Shown here piece by piece: positions 40,318 to 52,265 of a stretch of DNA of 64,000 nucleotides. A model generated the notes under the pieces. It made no database searches. It had not been told where the DNA came from and saw only the letters and a list, made by a program, of their open reading frames with translations. This stretch comes from an uncultured delta proteobacterium. GTDB lineage: Bacteria > Desulfobacterota > Binatia > UBA9968. The stretch covers positions 64,001-128,000 of the forward strand of contig CAVUVW010000002.1 of NCBI GenBank assembly GCA_963745035.1. The letters are read 5' to 3'. A program made the translations under genes and the position numbers. How positions within the stretch are numbered: position 1 is the first letter of the stretch; each line of letters opens with the position of its first letter.

Positions 40318-40360
40318 AATGTAAGGCGGCTTGTCAGAAGTTTCTGTCTAATATTGGACG
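40318..40360 (-). promoter_or_regulatory. Palindromic site TGTCTAATATTGGACG (40345-40360), 21 nt from TACATT
   Basis: Motif match with -41.5 spacing. Confidence 0.65.
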
Positions 40361-40579
40361 AGTCAACAATTAATTATCCAGGTCTGTTTTTATGTTACTT
40401 TCCATGAATTTTGCCTATTCACCACCAATTTCATTATGGATTTTCAAAGAGCGCGTGCCGGATGATGCAAGCCCTCGAAGATTTCTTTGACAAAGGTCCG
40501 ACGCGTACTTACCTATACCGTAGAGGCAGAAAATTTATCTTTTCAGATCACCTGCTGATTTCGAGCTAAGGAAGCATTC

Positions 40580-42994
40580 ATGAACACCGAAGAAGACGAA
40601 AAGGAAACCGCCAAAGCCAAGCCACGCCTCAATATCCCTGATGGAGCATTGGTCATCCTACCGATACGCAACCGGGTGCTCTTCCCGTCTATGATGATGC
40701 CGCTTACGGTCCGTGGCCGGGCCAGGCGCCACGCCGTCGAGGAGGCCGTTCGCCAACAAGTGCCCATTGGCATTGTTGTCCAACGAGATCCGAATGTAGA
40801 AAAGCCAAAACCCGAAGACCTTTACGAAGTAGGCACCACCGCCGATGTTGCAAGGATGTTTACTCTGCCGGACGGCCGGCGCCAGGTAATCGTGCAAGGC
40901 CGGCGCCGCTTTGAGATCGCCGAATTCCTGGAAACCGATCCCCTTCTCATTGCGCGCGTTACGATGGTGGAAGAAAAGATACCGCAGACCAAGGAATTCG
41001 AGGCAAGAATCTTACATCTGCGCCAAGAAGCGGCCAGAGCCTTATCGTTATTGCCGGAACCCACGAGCGAAATGAGAGGGATGATCGAAAGGATCGAAGA
41101 CCCTTTATCGGTCATCGATATGATCGCGTCCATCCTGGACCTGCCGACCGCCGAGAAGCAAGAAATTTTCGCGATCCTCGACCCGGAGTCGCGTGCCCAA
41201 AGGATTTCAGAAAAATTGGCGCGGCAGATCGAGCTGCTGGAGCTAAGCCAGAAAATTGGCGCCGAAACCAAGGAATCGATGGACAAATCCCAGCGCCAAT
41301 ATTTCCTGCGCGAACAATTAAAGGCAATCCAAAAAGAGTTGGGTGAAACGGATGGGAAAGGCCTCGAAGTTGAGGAACTCAGAAAAAAACTTTACGAAGC
41401 CAAAATGCCTCCCGAGGTGGAGAAGGACGTGCTTAAAGAGCTGGCTCGTTTAGAGCGCATTCCCGAGGCGGCGCCGGAGTATTCGCTGCTGCGGACTTAT
41501 TTCGATTGGTTGGTGGAGTTGCCCTGGAACATTTTTACCGAGGAACAGATCGACCTGCCGAAGGCGCGCGAGATTTTGGATGCCGACCACCACGGCCTGG
41601 AGAAAGTGAAAAAGCGGATCGTTGAATTTCTCGCCGTTCGTAAACTCATGCCGCATGGCAAAAGCCCGATTCTTTGTTTGGTCGGACCGCCGGGCGTCGG
41701 GAAAACTTCGCTTGGACAAAGCATAGCTCGGGCGATGAATCGTAAGTTCGTGCGCCAAAGTCTAGGCGGCGTTCACGATGAAGCCGATATTCGCGGGCAC
41801 CGGCGCACTTATGTCGGCGCGCTTCCGGGTAATATCATTCAAGGAATCCGCAAGGCCGGCAGTCGCAATCCCGTGTTCATGCTCGATGAGGTCGACAAGC
41901 TCAGCGCTAGTTATCATGGCGACCCGTCCGCGGCGTTGTTGGAAGTCCTCGATCCCGCGCAAAATGCGACTTTTCAAGACCATTACATCGCGCTGCCCTT
42001 CGATCTAAGCCAGGTGCTGTTCATCGCCACGGCGAACGTGCTCGATACCATTCCGGGCCCGCTGCGCGACCGCATGGAAATCTTGGAATTGCCGGGGTAC
42101 ATCGAGGAAGACAAGTTAGCCATCGCCAAGGGCTACCTCGTTCCCCGGCAGACCGCCGAAAACGGGCTGAAGCCGGAAAACATCAGCTTCACCGACGAGG
42201 CGATTCGGGAAATTATCCGATCCTACACGCGAGAAGCCGGGGTTCGCCAACTCGAGCGTGAGCTCGGCGCGGTTTGCCGGAGCGTGGCGACGCGCATCGC
42301 CGATGGCTCAAACGAATCGTTCACAATCAAGCCAGAATCTATCCCGGCCTACTTGGGTCCACAAAAATTCTTCAACGAGATCGCGCTGCGCACTAGTTTG
42401 CCAGGCGTGGCGACGGGATTGGCCTGGACTCAGTTTGGCGGCGACATACTGTTCGTCGAAGCGACGAAAATGGCCGGAGACGGCCGGTTGATTTTAACCG
42501 GCCAGCTCGGCGATGTGATGAAAGAAAGCGCTCAGGCCGCTTTGAGTCTCGTCAAGTCCCGCGCAGAAACGCTGGGAATCGATTCCAATATTTTCAAGAC
42601 CAACGACCTGCACATTCATATTCCCGCGGGCGCGATCCCGAAAGACGGTCCGAGCGCCGGAGTCACGCTTTTTGTCGCGCTCGTTTCACTGCTGACCGGG
42701 CGGCGCATCAGCAAAGATGTCGCCATGACCGGTGAGATCAGTTTACGCGGTTTGGTGCTCCCGGTGGGAGGAATCAAGGAAAAAATGCTCGCGGCAAAGA
42801 GAGCCGGGATTTCTACCGTCTTGCTACCCGAGTTGAACCAAAGAGACCTGGAAGAAATTTCCCCGGCGGGCCGCGAGGGGATTCGCTTTGAATTTTTAAA
42901 AACGGCAGACGAAGCGTTGCGGTTTGCCCTGGAGGCCGACGCGCCGAGCGGTTACTCTCCCGGTGAACGACTGGCGGCGCGATCGCTTTACTGA
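40580..42994 (+). CDS. lon: ATP-dependent Lon protease
   Basis: [33 protein letters not shown]. Confidence 0.97.
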   Translation: MNTEEDEKETAKAKPRLNIPDGALVILPIRNRVLFPSMMMPLTVRGRARRHAVEEAVRQQVPIGIVVQRDPNVEKPKPEDLYEVGTTADVARMFTLPDGRRQVIVQGRRRFEIAEFLETDPLLIARVTMVEEKIPQTKEFEARILHLRQEAARALSLLPEPTSEMRGMIERIEDPLSVIDMIASILDLPTAEKQEIFAILDPESRAQRISEKLARQIELLELSQKIGAETKESMDKSQRQYFLREQLKAIQKELGETDGKGLEVEELRKKLYEAKMPPEVEKDVLKELARLERIPEAAPEYSLLRTYFDWLVELPWNIFTEEQIDLPKAREILDADHHGLEKVKKRIVEFLAVRKLMPHGKSPILCLVGPPGVGKTSLGQSIARAMNRKFVRQSLGGVHDEADIRGHRRTYVGALPGNIIQGIRKAGSRNPVFMLDEVDKLSASYHGDPSAALLEVLDPAQNATFQDHYIALPFDLSQVLFIATANVLDTIPGPLRDRMEILELPGYIEEDKLAIAKGYLVPRQTAENGLKPENISFTDEAIREIIRSYTREAGVRQLERELGAVCRSVATRIADGSNESFTIKPESIPAYLGPQKFFNEIALRTSLPGVATGLAWTQFGGDILFVEATKMAGDGRLILTGQLGDVMKESAQAALSLVKSRAETLGIDSNIFKTNDLHIHIPAGAIPKDGPSAGVTLFVALVSLLTGRRISKDVAMTGEISLRGLVLPVGGIKEKMLAAKRAGISTVLLPELNQRDLEEISPAGREGIRFEFLKTADEALRFALEADAPSGYSPGERLAARSLY

Positions 42995-43242
42995 AAAATT
43001 AGTTGGACCGCATAACCGATGATGAAGTTATCCTCTGGCAGAAGAGCGGCCTTCCATGTCGTCATGCTCGCCCCTTCGACGCCCTTAGGATAACTCCTCC
43101 GCCATCCAGAACGGGCGTAATGCCATACGCCCCTACAAAGATTACTGAATTTTGGGTGCCCCCGGGCTTCGTCGCTGTTGCCCGGAATAACTACACCCGC
43201 CTATCAAAGCACAGATCCGCCCAGTCTGTTATTCCGCTTAAA

Positions 43243-43614
43243 TCAGCCCAACATCACGTCCGCTTGAATCAGCTCGCGGATCTTGGATCTTAAGTCTGCA
43301 AGCGAGAGCGGCTTGCTTATGCATACTACTCCCCGAGCCGGGGTCGCGCTCAGATTCGCGTAATAGTTGACCGTCATAATAATGAGGGGGACGGCTGGTG
43401 AAGTCGAGCGTACATGTGACAACAGATCGATTCCCTCGAGCCGAGGCGAGTGAACATCCGAAAGCACGAGATCAAATCGAAACTTATCTAGCAACCCGAG
43501 AGCTTCATCGCGGTCGCTTGCCTCGTGGACCTCATAGCCCTCTGCGCACAAAAACAGCTCGACACTTTGCCGAATGAGAGGATCATCGTCAATAACTAGA
43601 ATTTTCTTTGGCAT
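43243..43614 (-). CDS. Stand-alone response regulator receiver
   Basis: ILVIDDD, DLVLSD, SKP. Confidence 0.8.
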   Translation of the reverse strand: MPKKILVIDDDPLIRQSVELFLCAEGYEVHEASDRDEALGLLDKFRFDLVLSDVHSPRLEGIDLLSHVRSTSPAVPLIIMTVNYYANLSATPARGVVCISKPLSLADLRSKIRELIQADVMLG

Positions 43615-43680
43615 ACGTCTTCCGAGAACGCACGTCGATCTAGGCTGACCCGGCCCTTGCATCCGGAGGTAGTCCACACG

Positions 43681-44424
43681 CTACCCAAGAAAACGCCTTA
43701 ACAATTCTACGGGCACCGGCACGATCATGGTGGAATTATTTTCCGCGGATACCTCAACGAGACTTTGCAGGAATCTCAAGTGTAAGGCCGCCGGATGTTT
43801 CGCAATGATCTCAGCCGCATCCGCCAACTTCTGCGAGGCTTGAAATTCTCCCTCCGCGTGAATGATCTTGGCGCGCCGCTCTCGCTCTGCTTCCGCCTGT
43901 TTGGCCATGGCCCGTTGCATGTCGGGCGGAAGATCGATGTCTTTCACTTCCACTAAAACCACTTTCATTCCCCACGGCTCTGTTTGGGAGTCGAGGATCT
44001 CCTGAATGCGCACGTTGATCTTATCCCTCTCGGCCAAGAGCTCGTCGAGCAGGGCCTGTCCACAGGTACTCCTGAGCGTGACCTGGGCGAGTTGAGAAGT
44101 GGCAAAGAGAAAATTTTGCACTTCCGTGATTGCTCGATTGGGATCGATTACCCTAAAGTAGAGAACCGCACTGACCTTGATGGAGACGTTGTCGCGTGTA
44201 ATCACATCTTGCGGAGGAACGTCCATGGTCACGGTGCGAAGATCCACTCGCATCATTTTCTCGACCCATGGTATCACGTAGATTATCCCGGGGCCGCGCG
44301 CGTGAACCAAACGCCCAAGCCTAAAGATCACTGCTCGCTGATACTCCTTTAAGATCTTGATCCCGCTGACAGTTAGCAAAATGGTGACGCCAAGAACTGT
44401 AGCGATAGCCGCAAAATCAAACAT
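43681..44424 (-). CDS. SPFH/slipin family protein
   Basis: [33 protein letters not shown]. Confidence 0.93.
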   Translation of the reverse strand: MFDFAAIATVLGVTILLTVSGIKILKEYQRAVIFRLGRLVHARGPGIIYVIPWVEKMMRVDLRTVTMDVPPQDVITRDNVSIKVSAVLYFRVIDPNRAITEVQNFLFATSQLAQVTLRSTCGQALLDELLAERDKINVRIQEILDSQTEPWGMKVVLVEVKDIDLPPDMQRAMAKQAEAERERRAKIIHAEGEFQASQKLADAAEIIAKHPAALHLRFLQSLVEVSAENNSTMIVPVPVELLRRFLG

Positions 44425-44483
44425 GACTCTCCTTCGTCATTTCCCGGCTCTGCCCGTCGAAAACACAACCGGCGGTGTTCGCC

Positions 44484-46191
44484 CTATATCCCTTGCATGA
44501 ACGCCCGTTCGATCTCACGCAGAATGCCGTCCGGTTCACGGACCGCAAGTTCGACGATTTCATCGGCGCGCGCTTGCGAGTCGCTGTTGGCGTAGATGCG
44601 CAGCTGCGGCGCGTTGCCCGAAGGCCGGATATGCGCGACGTCGCCGTTGTGGAAATAAATGCGCACGCCGTCGAGAACATTGATGCGCGCGATTTCGTCG
44701 AACCCAAGCGCTGGAGTGAAGAAACGCGCTAACGTCGCTTTACATTGCCGCCAGTCTGCCGCGGGCTCTGGCGCGAGCGGCGCCGGCAGGGCATCCGCGC
44801 GGCTCCGATCTAGGACAGTTCCCGCATCGAACTCCACTTCGATCACATCGCCGGGCGGAATCAGATTTGCCAGGATCGTTCGACTCGCGGCGACGGGAAA
44901 ATTATCGATCAAACCAGCCCGTCCAAAACGCGCCGGGAGGCGGTCCCATAGAGCGGACAAGCTCATGCCGCGCTCCACTGCCGCCGACAAATTGGCCAGG
45001 ATGGGGAGCGTGGCATCGCGTGTCGGCAGCGCTGCCAACGTCGCCTTACCCAGCGCGATATCGCTGCCGGTCAAAAAGCCTCCGTTAGCTTCCCAGCCGA
45101 CGACACGGTGGTAAGTTCCGGCGCTGTGCAAATGGTCGAGGGCGGAGACGACGTAGGGCGAGCCGATCTTGGTCTTCTCCAGCAAAACTTTGCGCTCGCG
45201 CAGGCGGCGCTCGATCGCATCGTTGGCGCTGATGGGAACCGCCGCCGCATCCGCGCCCAGATACTCGGCCACGACGAGACCCAAAAGGTCGCCGGGCAAG
45301 AAGCGCACGCGCCGGCCGCCAGGCTTGATTTCGGTGGCAGGCTAGAACGGCCGTCACCAATGGCCGATCGGAATCACCGTCCGTGGACACGATCGCGTGG
45401 AGCGGCCGGCCGCTCGCTTCGGCGGCGACGGCGAGCTCCTCCAAACCATCGAGCTGTTCGGCGGTGATATTTTCGGTATCGATTGGAACGAACGTTTCGC
45501 TGCGCCCCGCGGCGAGCACCACGGCGCCAAGCTCCTGGAGTATCCGCGGCAAGATATCGCGCCCCACCGCCGAATGCTGATAGACGAGCACCCGGAGCCC
45601 GGAGAGACAGCCGCTATCAAAGCTGTCGAGATAACGACGGACGTAAGCTTGCTCCGCGGCGCGTTCGACAGGTGGCAGCTCGAAAGGAGATTTCAACATG
45701 CCGGAGGTATCGAACGCTGAAGTCGTCGCGTTATGGCTGTATTCTTCCGCGCGCACGCGCTCGACTTCGAGGGTAATGCCCGCTTCGTCCGACTTTAAAA
45801 TCTCGCCGGCGCTCTTATTGATTTTAATGCCGTTACGATCGAAGGGAATGTGGCTGCCGGTCACCATCACGCCGGCGCGTCCCTTAGAAAGGGAATGGGA
45901 TATCAAAGCGGGCGTGGGGATTTTGCCGGCATTCTCCACCTGAAAGCCCGAGTCGACAATCGCCTGAGCGCAGGCACGCATGATGCGATCGGTGCTCGGT
46001 CGCAAGTCGCCGGCCATAGCCACCGTGCTGTTCGGACGAACATCGCCGATGCTCAACAAATAGCGAAGCGTTGCTTTGACGTTGATATAGGCTTCGAGAT
46101 CGGTGATGTCTTTGACTAAACCACGCAGGCCGCTGGTGCCGAATGCAAGGGGATGCGGGGTGTAGTTAAGAAAAGAATCCACGGATATCAT
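44484..46191 (-). CDS. Phosphomannomutase/phosphoglucomutase (frameshift near 45340)
   Basis: FGTSGLRG, TGSH, DGDSDRP, GWEANGG, RPSGNAPQLR. Confidence 0.88.
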
Positions 46192-46603
46192 GTTTTAGCA
46201 CTGAGAGGCCGCGTTCTTACGTCAGCGCCGGCGCGACTAAGTATCTTGGTGCTCATGAATATTGCCGCTAGCCGACTGAACGATTTTCGGCATTTTAGCC
46301 GGTCTTGCTAAATCGCACGACATTGTTGGGATTAGATCCCGGATGGATGTTTATCGATCCATTCCTTACCAAGGTTAACACCGCAGAGATCGGACTCTTG
46401 TTCGGATCGAAAAAACTGCGCGGTCATAACGATAAAAAACGGTTTAGGCTCGCCCCTCAGGCGGCGGATTTCTACAAGGTGTGAAGGCGGCCCACTTGCC
46501 GCTGGACCGTTCGGTAGACAACGGAAATATAGAACGTCTTGTAATTTAAGTCAGACACTCAACCCCAATGACATCGTTCAATAACGACACCTTCAATCGA
46601 AGC

Positions 46604-46885
46604 TTATTTGTTGCACTGAAAAGCCAGAATTGATGTAAGAGGCGCGGTGAGTGTGACCGTCGCGCCGACTGAAGCATGCGCGTGTTCATCCCAAACGGCG
46701 CATGATTTTCCGAAGTCGATGCCAGCAGACACGCCGGCGTGAAGCCGAATGTTGTCGATCGTAAATGTCCCTGTTATCGGGTGATGCCAGCCATCGTGCA
46801 AAAGCACGGCGCTCACGCTGTTTTCATTAATATCGAGCATCGATGCAACTCCTGCTTCAAACGCCAAGGGTCCGTGATCAATCAA
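46604..46885 (-). CDS. Hypothetical protein
   Basis: ORF only; beta-rich V..VLL.DGWH pattern. Confidence 0.4.
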   Translation of the reverse strand: MIDHGPLAFEAGVASMLDINENSVSAVLLHDGWHHPITGTFTIDNIRLHAGVSAGIDFGKSCAVWDEHAHASVGATVTLTAPLTSILAFQCNK

Positions 46886-47172
46886 CTGTTGCTAAATCAT
46901 AATCGTGGCTCACTGACGCGAGAAGTGGATAAAACCAGCTGATTGCCTGCTCTTCAGCAACGACGATCTTACTCAGTGCTGCAAATTTAATGGAGAAACG
47001 CCGGTAAGCGACTTATCCCGAAAGCGATGCGTTTCTCGGAATCTTAACCAAACCGCAGACCGCTGATGCGGCATTCAATTGTACCCAACAGTGCCTAGCA
47101 CTATGTTGTGAGAGCGGCATCGCCAAACGCTCCGTCGATGAGTGCTTGCTGTACTGTCATGCGCCGATACAC

Positions 47173-47376
47173 TCAACTCCGGTTTTGTCGATCGAGAACG
47201 CGCTCAGGCGACCGACCGCGTTGGCGTAGCCGCTCGCGAGCTACCCGGTGTGATTGTTCCTCTTCAGTAACAAGGTTTTCTTCCCGATGCTCGCCGAATA
47301 CGTTGGCCCATTGAAGATCGCTTCTGCCTCGGTATGGAGCTCGGTGACCTTCCGCTCGACGGTTGTATGAAGCCAT
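47173..47376 (-). CDS. Small hypothetical protein (possibly frameshifted)
   Basis: GAGGAGG RBS before ATG 47376; follows the palindromic site at 47429. Confidence 0.4.
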   Translation of the reverse strand: MASYNRRAEGHRAPYRGRSDLQWANVFGEHREENLVTEEEQSHRVARERLRQRGRSPERVLDRQNRS

Positions 47377-47400
47377 AGGGACCTCCTCAACTGAGTGTCC

Positions 47401-47444
47401 AGCGTACACCGACTGCGATCGGGGTTTCTGTCCAATATTAGACC
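47401..47444 (-). promoter_or_regulatory. Palindromic site TGTCCAATATTAGACC (47429-47444), 22 nt from TACGCT
   Basis: Motif match, spacing within 1 nt of the others. Confidence 0.6.
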
Positions 47445-47536
47445 GGTCGTAAAGGGAGATTTCGGCTGAATCCGCTAGCACCTCAAGAGACACTCTGGCG
47501 GACTTAAGGGTGGTAAATGCGCAGACAACGGGAGAA

Positions 47537-48928
47537 TCAAGACGACTCCGAAGATCCTGATTCGGAATCTTCTTCTCGAAAACCATACTTTATCAATTTG
47601 TAACGCAGCCCCCGTTCACTCATTCCGAGCAGCTCGGCGGCGCGGGTTTGGACGCCATCGGACCGGGCCAGGGCGTCCTTGATCATACGCCGCTCCAGCG
47701 CTTCGACCGCGACCGTGATATTAGCTTCCTGATCACGGTCCGTTATTTCCGGTTCCTGAACGGTCAAAGGCAGGTCGCCGCTGCCGATAACTTCATCCCT
47801 AGTGAGAACCACTGCGCGCTCGATAATATTTTCCAGTTCCCGGACATTCCCCGGATAGTCGTAGCGCAAAAGAATATCGCGGCCCTCAGACGTAAGCCCG
47901 CGGATCGTCTTGCCGTTTTTCTCCGCGAAGCGCCGCAGGAAGTGGTCTATCAACAGTGCAACATCGGAGCGTCTTTCCCTCAGAGGTGGAATTGAGATCG
48001 TGACGACATTGAGCCGGTAGTAGAGATCTTCCCGGAGCTGCCCCGATTTGATGAGATCTTCGAGCGGTCTGTGGCTGGCCGCCAGGATCCTGACGTTGAC
48101 CTTCACCGGACGACTGGAGCCCACCTTCTCGTATGCGCGCTCCTGCAGGACGCGCAGGAGCTTCGCCTGCAAATGCAAAGGAAGATCGCCGATCTCGTCA
48201 AGAAAGATGGTCCCGCCGTTGGCTAATTCGAAGCGCCCTTGGCGCGAACTTATTGCGCCCGTAAAAGCGCCTTTTTCATGGCCGAATAATTCCGATTCGA
48301 GCAGCGCTTCGGGAAGCGCCGCGCAGTTGACCTTGACCAGAGGAGCACGCGCTCTTGGGCTAGCAAAGTGAATGGCGTTGGCAATCAGTTCTTTTCCGGT
48401 GCCGCTCTCGCCCCGGATCAAGACCGTCGCTTCACTCGGCGCCACCCGCCGCACCATGGAGAGGACTTCGAGCATCGGTCCGCTCGCGCCGATGATGCCT
48501 TCAATGCGATGGCGTTCCTGTAAGGCTTCGCGCAGCTCGCGGTTCTCGTTGATAATTCGATAGCGGTCGCTCACCTGTCGAATGCGATGAAGCAGCTCAT
48601 CCAAATTCAGCGGCTTGGTCAGGTAGTCGATAGCGCCTTGCTTGAGGGCGGCGACGGCCGCTTCGATGGTGCCGAAAGCGGTAATTAAGATGACCGGGGT
48701 TTCAGGGTTGATGGCGTGCACGGCTTGCAGCAGCTCCAAGCCCGACATGTGAGCCATCTTTTGATCGGTAAGAACCAGATCGAAGGCGTCCTGACGGAAG
48801 AGTTCCAAGGCTCTCTCGGCACTATCGGCCGCAACTACTTCAAAGCCTTGTTTTTTGAGAAACCCGCCGATCATTTCGCGCTGCACCGGTTCGTCGTCGA
48901 CTACCAGAATATGAAAACGATTGGGCAT
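47537..48928 (-). CDS. Sigma54-dependent response regulator (NtrC/AtoC/ZraR-like)
   Basis: REC domain, GESGTGKE, GAFTGA, DLYYRL, YPGNVREL, Fis-type HTH. Confidence 0.96.
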   Translation of the reverse strand: MPNRFHILVVDDEPVQREMIGGFLKKQGFEVVAADSAERALELFRQDAFDLVLTDQKMAHMSGLELLQAVHAINPETPVILITAFGTIEAAVAALKQGAIDYLTKPLNLDELLHRIRQVSDRYRIINENRELREALQERHRIEGIIGASGPMLEVLSMVRRVAPSEATVLIRGESGTGKELIANAIHFASPRARAPLVKVNCAALPEALLESELFGHEKGAFTGAISSRQGRFELANGGTIFLDEIGDLPLHLQAKLLRVLQERAYEKVGSSRPVKVNVRILAASHRPLEDLIKSGQLREDLYYRLNVVTISIPPLRERRSDVALLIDHFLRRFAEKNGKTIRGLTSEGRDILLRYDYPGNVRELENIIERAVVLTRDEVIGSGDLPLTVQEPEITDRDQEANITVAVEALERRMIKDALARSDGVQTRAAELLGMSERGLRYKLIKYGFREEDSESGSSESS

Positions 48929-50676
48929 TTATACCTTCGCGCCGTAGAGCGGCAAACAAATCTCGAAGCGGCATCCACCGGCCGTTTCATTGGTAGCGGT
49001 AATTGTTCCGCCGTGAGCTTCGATAATCCTGCGAGAGATCGCCAGCCCGAGCCCGGTGCCCTTCGCTTTGGTCGTGAAGTAAGGCTCAAAAATTCGCCGC
49101 TGGTTTTCTGCGGCAATCCCGGTCCCGGTATCCGTCACGGCGATGAGAAAATTGCTGTTCGAAGTTTTTGCCTCCAAGGTCAAGGTTCCGCCTTCGGGCA
49201 TCGCTTGCAGACCATTAAGCATGAGATTCAGCAAGACTTGGGTAAGAAGATCGGGGTCGGCCTTGAGCGCCGGCAAGTTAGGCGCGGCGATGACCCGGAT
49301 TTGCACCCGTGATCGCTTAGCGTCGCTATCTTCCAACGAGGCTAACTCTTTCAGGACTTCCGGCAACGGCAACGCTTCGGCGTTGATTTCGATAGGGCGC
49401 GCCAGCGAGAGGAATTGCTCCACGATCGTGTTGAGGCGGTGCACTTCGCCGAGCATCAGTTCCGTAAGACGAGAGTAGTCCTCCTGATCATCGGCCGGCT
49501 GAAATTCCACCTTGAGACGTTGCAGTCCCATCGAAATGGCATTGAGCGGATTTCTGACCTCATGGGCGACGGCCGCTGCCATGTTTCCGAGCGCTGAAAG
49601 GCGCTCTCTGTGTAGACACTTCAGCCTCCAGGGCTTTAACCTCTAGCATATGATTCTGCTGGTTATGAAAAATCGCCGCCATGCCCAAAATACCCGCGGC
49701 CAGGATCGCCAACGCCGAGAACAAAGATGGCGCGCAGGCTATTGCGCCAGGCGATCTCCATCGATCCCAGCGACAGGCCGATCTTGAGGAAACCCAAATT
49801 GGATTCCTCCAGCGCAACAGGTTTCACCACCTCGAGGTATCGTTTTCCCGTACCGCTCTCGACAATTTGGCTGAAAAGCTGGCGGTCGACTTTGGCCCTC
49901 AAAACCAGGGGCTCGTTTTCCTGCTGTCCGATACGGCCCCGGTCGGTATGCGCTACGACATTCAGGTCGCTATCGAGAAACGAGACGAACTCACTGTCCG
50001 ATTGGCGGCCGAGATCCTCGATCTGACTTTGCACGCCGATCGCTTTCTCGAAGTTGAAAATATAGTCGGCGTTGGCGTGGATCGCGATGATGCCGGGAAA
50101 ACTGCGCGCGCCCACGGCGACGCCGAAGGCGCTGCCTTTCCAGAATTCTTTATCCTTGACGCCCGGCGGCGGTTCGCCCGTCTTTTCCTCAGCTTTTTCC
50201 GTGGGCAGCCGCCAGCGCTTTCCCCACGCGTAGCTTATCGTCGGCCCATGCGCCTGAACGGTTTCTTCTCGCGTTTTTTTTCTTGCTGCTATCATTGCCG
50301 GCAGCGCGGCAAGTTTCCAGGGCCGGCCCTGCTCATCGAGGAGATCGATTTTTTGCAGGCGGTTCATTGCGCTGAGCTCTTTAAGCAGCGCCTGATCGAC
50401 ATGACGAGAGAGCAGCAGTTGGTCGATCAGCCGGGCATTATCCACTAAACGCTGCCGGATCAGATCCTCCAACAGCGCGTTGCCGACGATAGCGTTTTTA
50501 ACACTGGTCTCCATGGCCTTCGCCAATGCCGTCCCCTTGTCCTCGGTCTGGCGCAAGAGTTCTTGCTGGAGCCTCTGGGCTTCAAAAAAAACATAGAGAG
50601 ACGCCAGGATGAGAAGTAGCAAGCCGGATGCAAGGAAGTGGCGCGGTAGGAAAACTCTTTGCATGAACGAACGCAT
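48929..50676 (-). CDS. Membrane sensor histidine kinase (two frameshifts, near 49615 and 49720)
   Basis: TM-periplasmic-TM, AHEVRNPL, N box, DTGTG, FTTK, GTGLGL. Confidence 0.85.
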
Positions 50677-50808
50677 TATAACGAATCGAATTATATAGGT
50701 ACGATTCCGTGACGCACAACGACCCCCAGGCCGGTTGGTTCCCAGGGGTCGTCGTCGGTTTACTCTCTGGCTTTAGACTCGCTCTGCCAGAGTGATCGAT
50801 CTTGGCCG

Positions 50809-51869
50809 TTATCTGCTCGCTGTGGCGCCGGTACGGAATCCCACATCGACTCGCCGGTCGCGCTGCCAGCACGCCTCTGTGGATTCTTTGCACAGGGGCC
50901 GTTGCTCGCCAAAGGCGTCGGACTGGATCTTGTCACTCGCTATTCCCGCCTTAACCAGCGCATTACGAATGGAGTTGACGCGACGTTCGCTCAGAGCTTG
51001 GTTGTACGGGTCGGTGCCGCGCGGATCCGCATAGCCGTTAATGCCGACCTGGGAGAGTGAATTCTTCTCCATGTGCGCCGCGATGTCGGTGATCTTGCTC
51101 ATCTCGTTAGGTCGAATGTCCGACTTGTCGAAATCGAACAAGATGTCCCTGAAGTTGGCCGCGCGGTTATCCGGATTAGCCAGGGCTTGGGGACCTACCG
51201 AGCCAGCTGGTCCTTGCGCGCCTGCCGGGCCGGCTGGGCCCATCGGACCGGTTGCGCCCGCGGCACCCGTCATGCCGAAGGAGCTGCAGAATTCGCTTAC
51301 GCTGCCATACTGATCGACGCAAAGATTGCGCGTTTCACCCGCTGAATTTTTGAGGTCCATGGAATACTCGACAGAGTAGAGGACTAGCGGCCGTGCGGAT
51401 GACGAGTAGGCTGTCCGTTGGTCTGGCCTGTTCCCAGCGGGAGACGCCGAATCACCCCTCGACTGAGGCTGATTAGGCTGGTCGGTATCTTTCCCCACTG
51501 TGGTGCCGCTGTCCGGCTTTCTGTTCCCAGTTATAGGCGCCGCCGCACCGCTCTTCGATTGAACAGCGAGATACTGAACGGTCTGGTAGCACATAGTGGT
51601 ATAGCCGCCGCCGTAGCCCAGAGGCCTCTGTACTTTGAAGCCTGCCCAGTTTTTGTCCGCGAACTGTTGGGCCAAGTCCCGCGCTTCGTTCTCGGTTATC
51701 TTCTCCTTCGTAACCCTGGGCAGCGGACAGGGTGCGCTCGACAAAATTTCATGCGCCCTTGCGCTCGCTTCACGGTGTGACTGACTCGGCGTTTGAGCGA
51801 AGCCTACGCCGGACAGCGCAATGACACCCACTGCCGTAACTATCGGTTTTACAAATCCTGACTCTTCAT
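50809..51869 (-). CDS. OmpA/Pal-like peptidoglycan-binding protein with collagen-like linker
   Basis: ILFDFDKS, GYADPRG, NQALSERR, RRVD; ten Gly-X-Y triplets; frameshift in the first codons. Confidence 0.85.
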
Positions 51870-52133
51870 AACTTTTTTCTCCCTAAAATTTTTTGCTAGC
51901 CATCTATAGCGCAACAGCTGTGCCGCATCGCGGCGCCAGGCACAGGCGATCTTCCGCAAACATTCCGAGGCATACCTAGTGGATCGGCGCGGAGCGGACG
52001 CCGAAAGCGTCGAACACTTCGTCCAAACGGTCGCTCTGCCGATGCACAATCTTCACAGTCTTCGTCCTGTTTTGGTCGTCCTGCCAGTCCAAGCCCGACA
52101 GATCTCCAAGCCGAACTACCAGACTCGCTCAAA

Positions 52134-52175
52134 AGGATACGTCTAATCGGCAGGCAATAATGTCAATATTGAACG
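52134..52175 (-). promoter_or_regulatory. Palindromic site TGTCAATATTGAACG (52161-52175, one base short), 21 nt from TATCCT
   Basis: Motif match upstream of the OmpA-like gene. Confidence 0.5.
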
Positions 52176-52265
52176 CTCGATTTTGGCGTCGCAACTCGAC
52201 AAGCAGCGCCCCGACTCCCTGACTCTTCTCGGTCAGTGGCCGGGCGCTTGTCTTAGCGCGTAATC

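Noticed and set aside
43058-43135. Structured ncRNA after lon (and a similar stretch at 58038-58140)
   Set aside because: Looks like degenerate REP-type palindromes between genes; no riboswitch or sRNA consensus recognised
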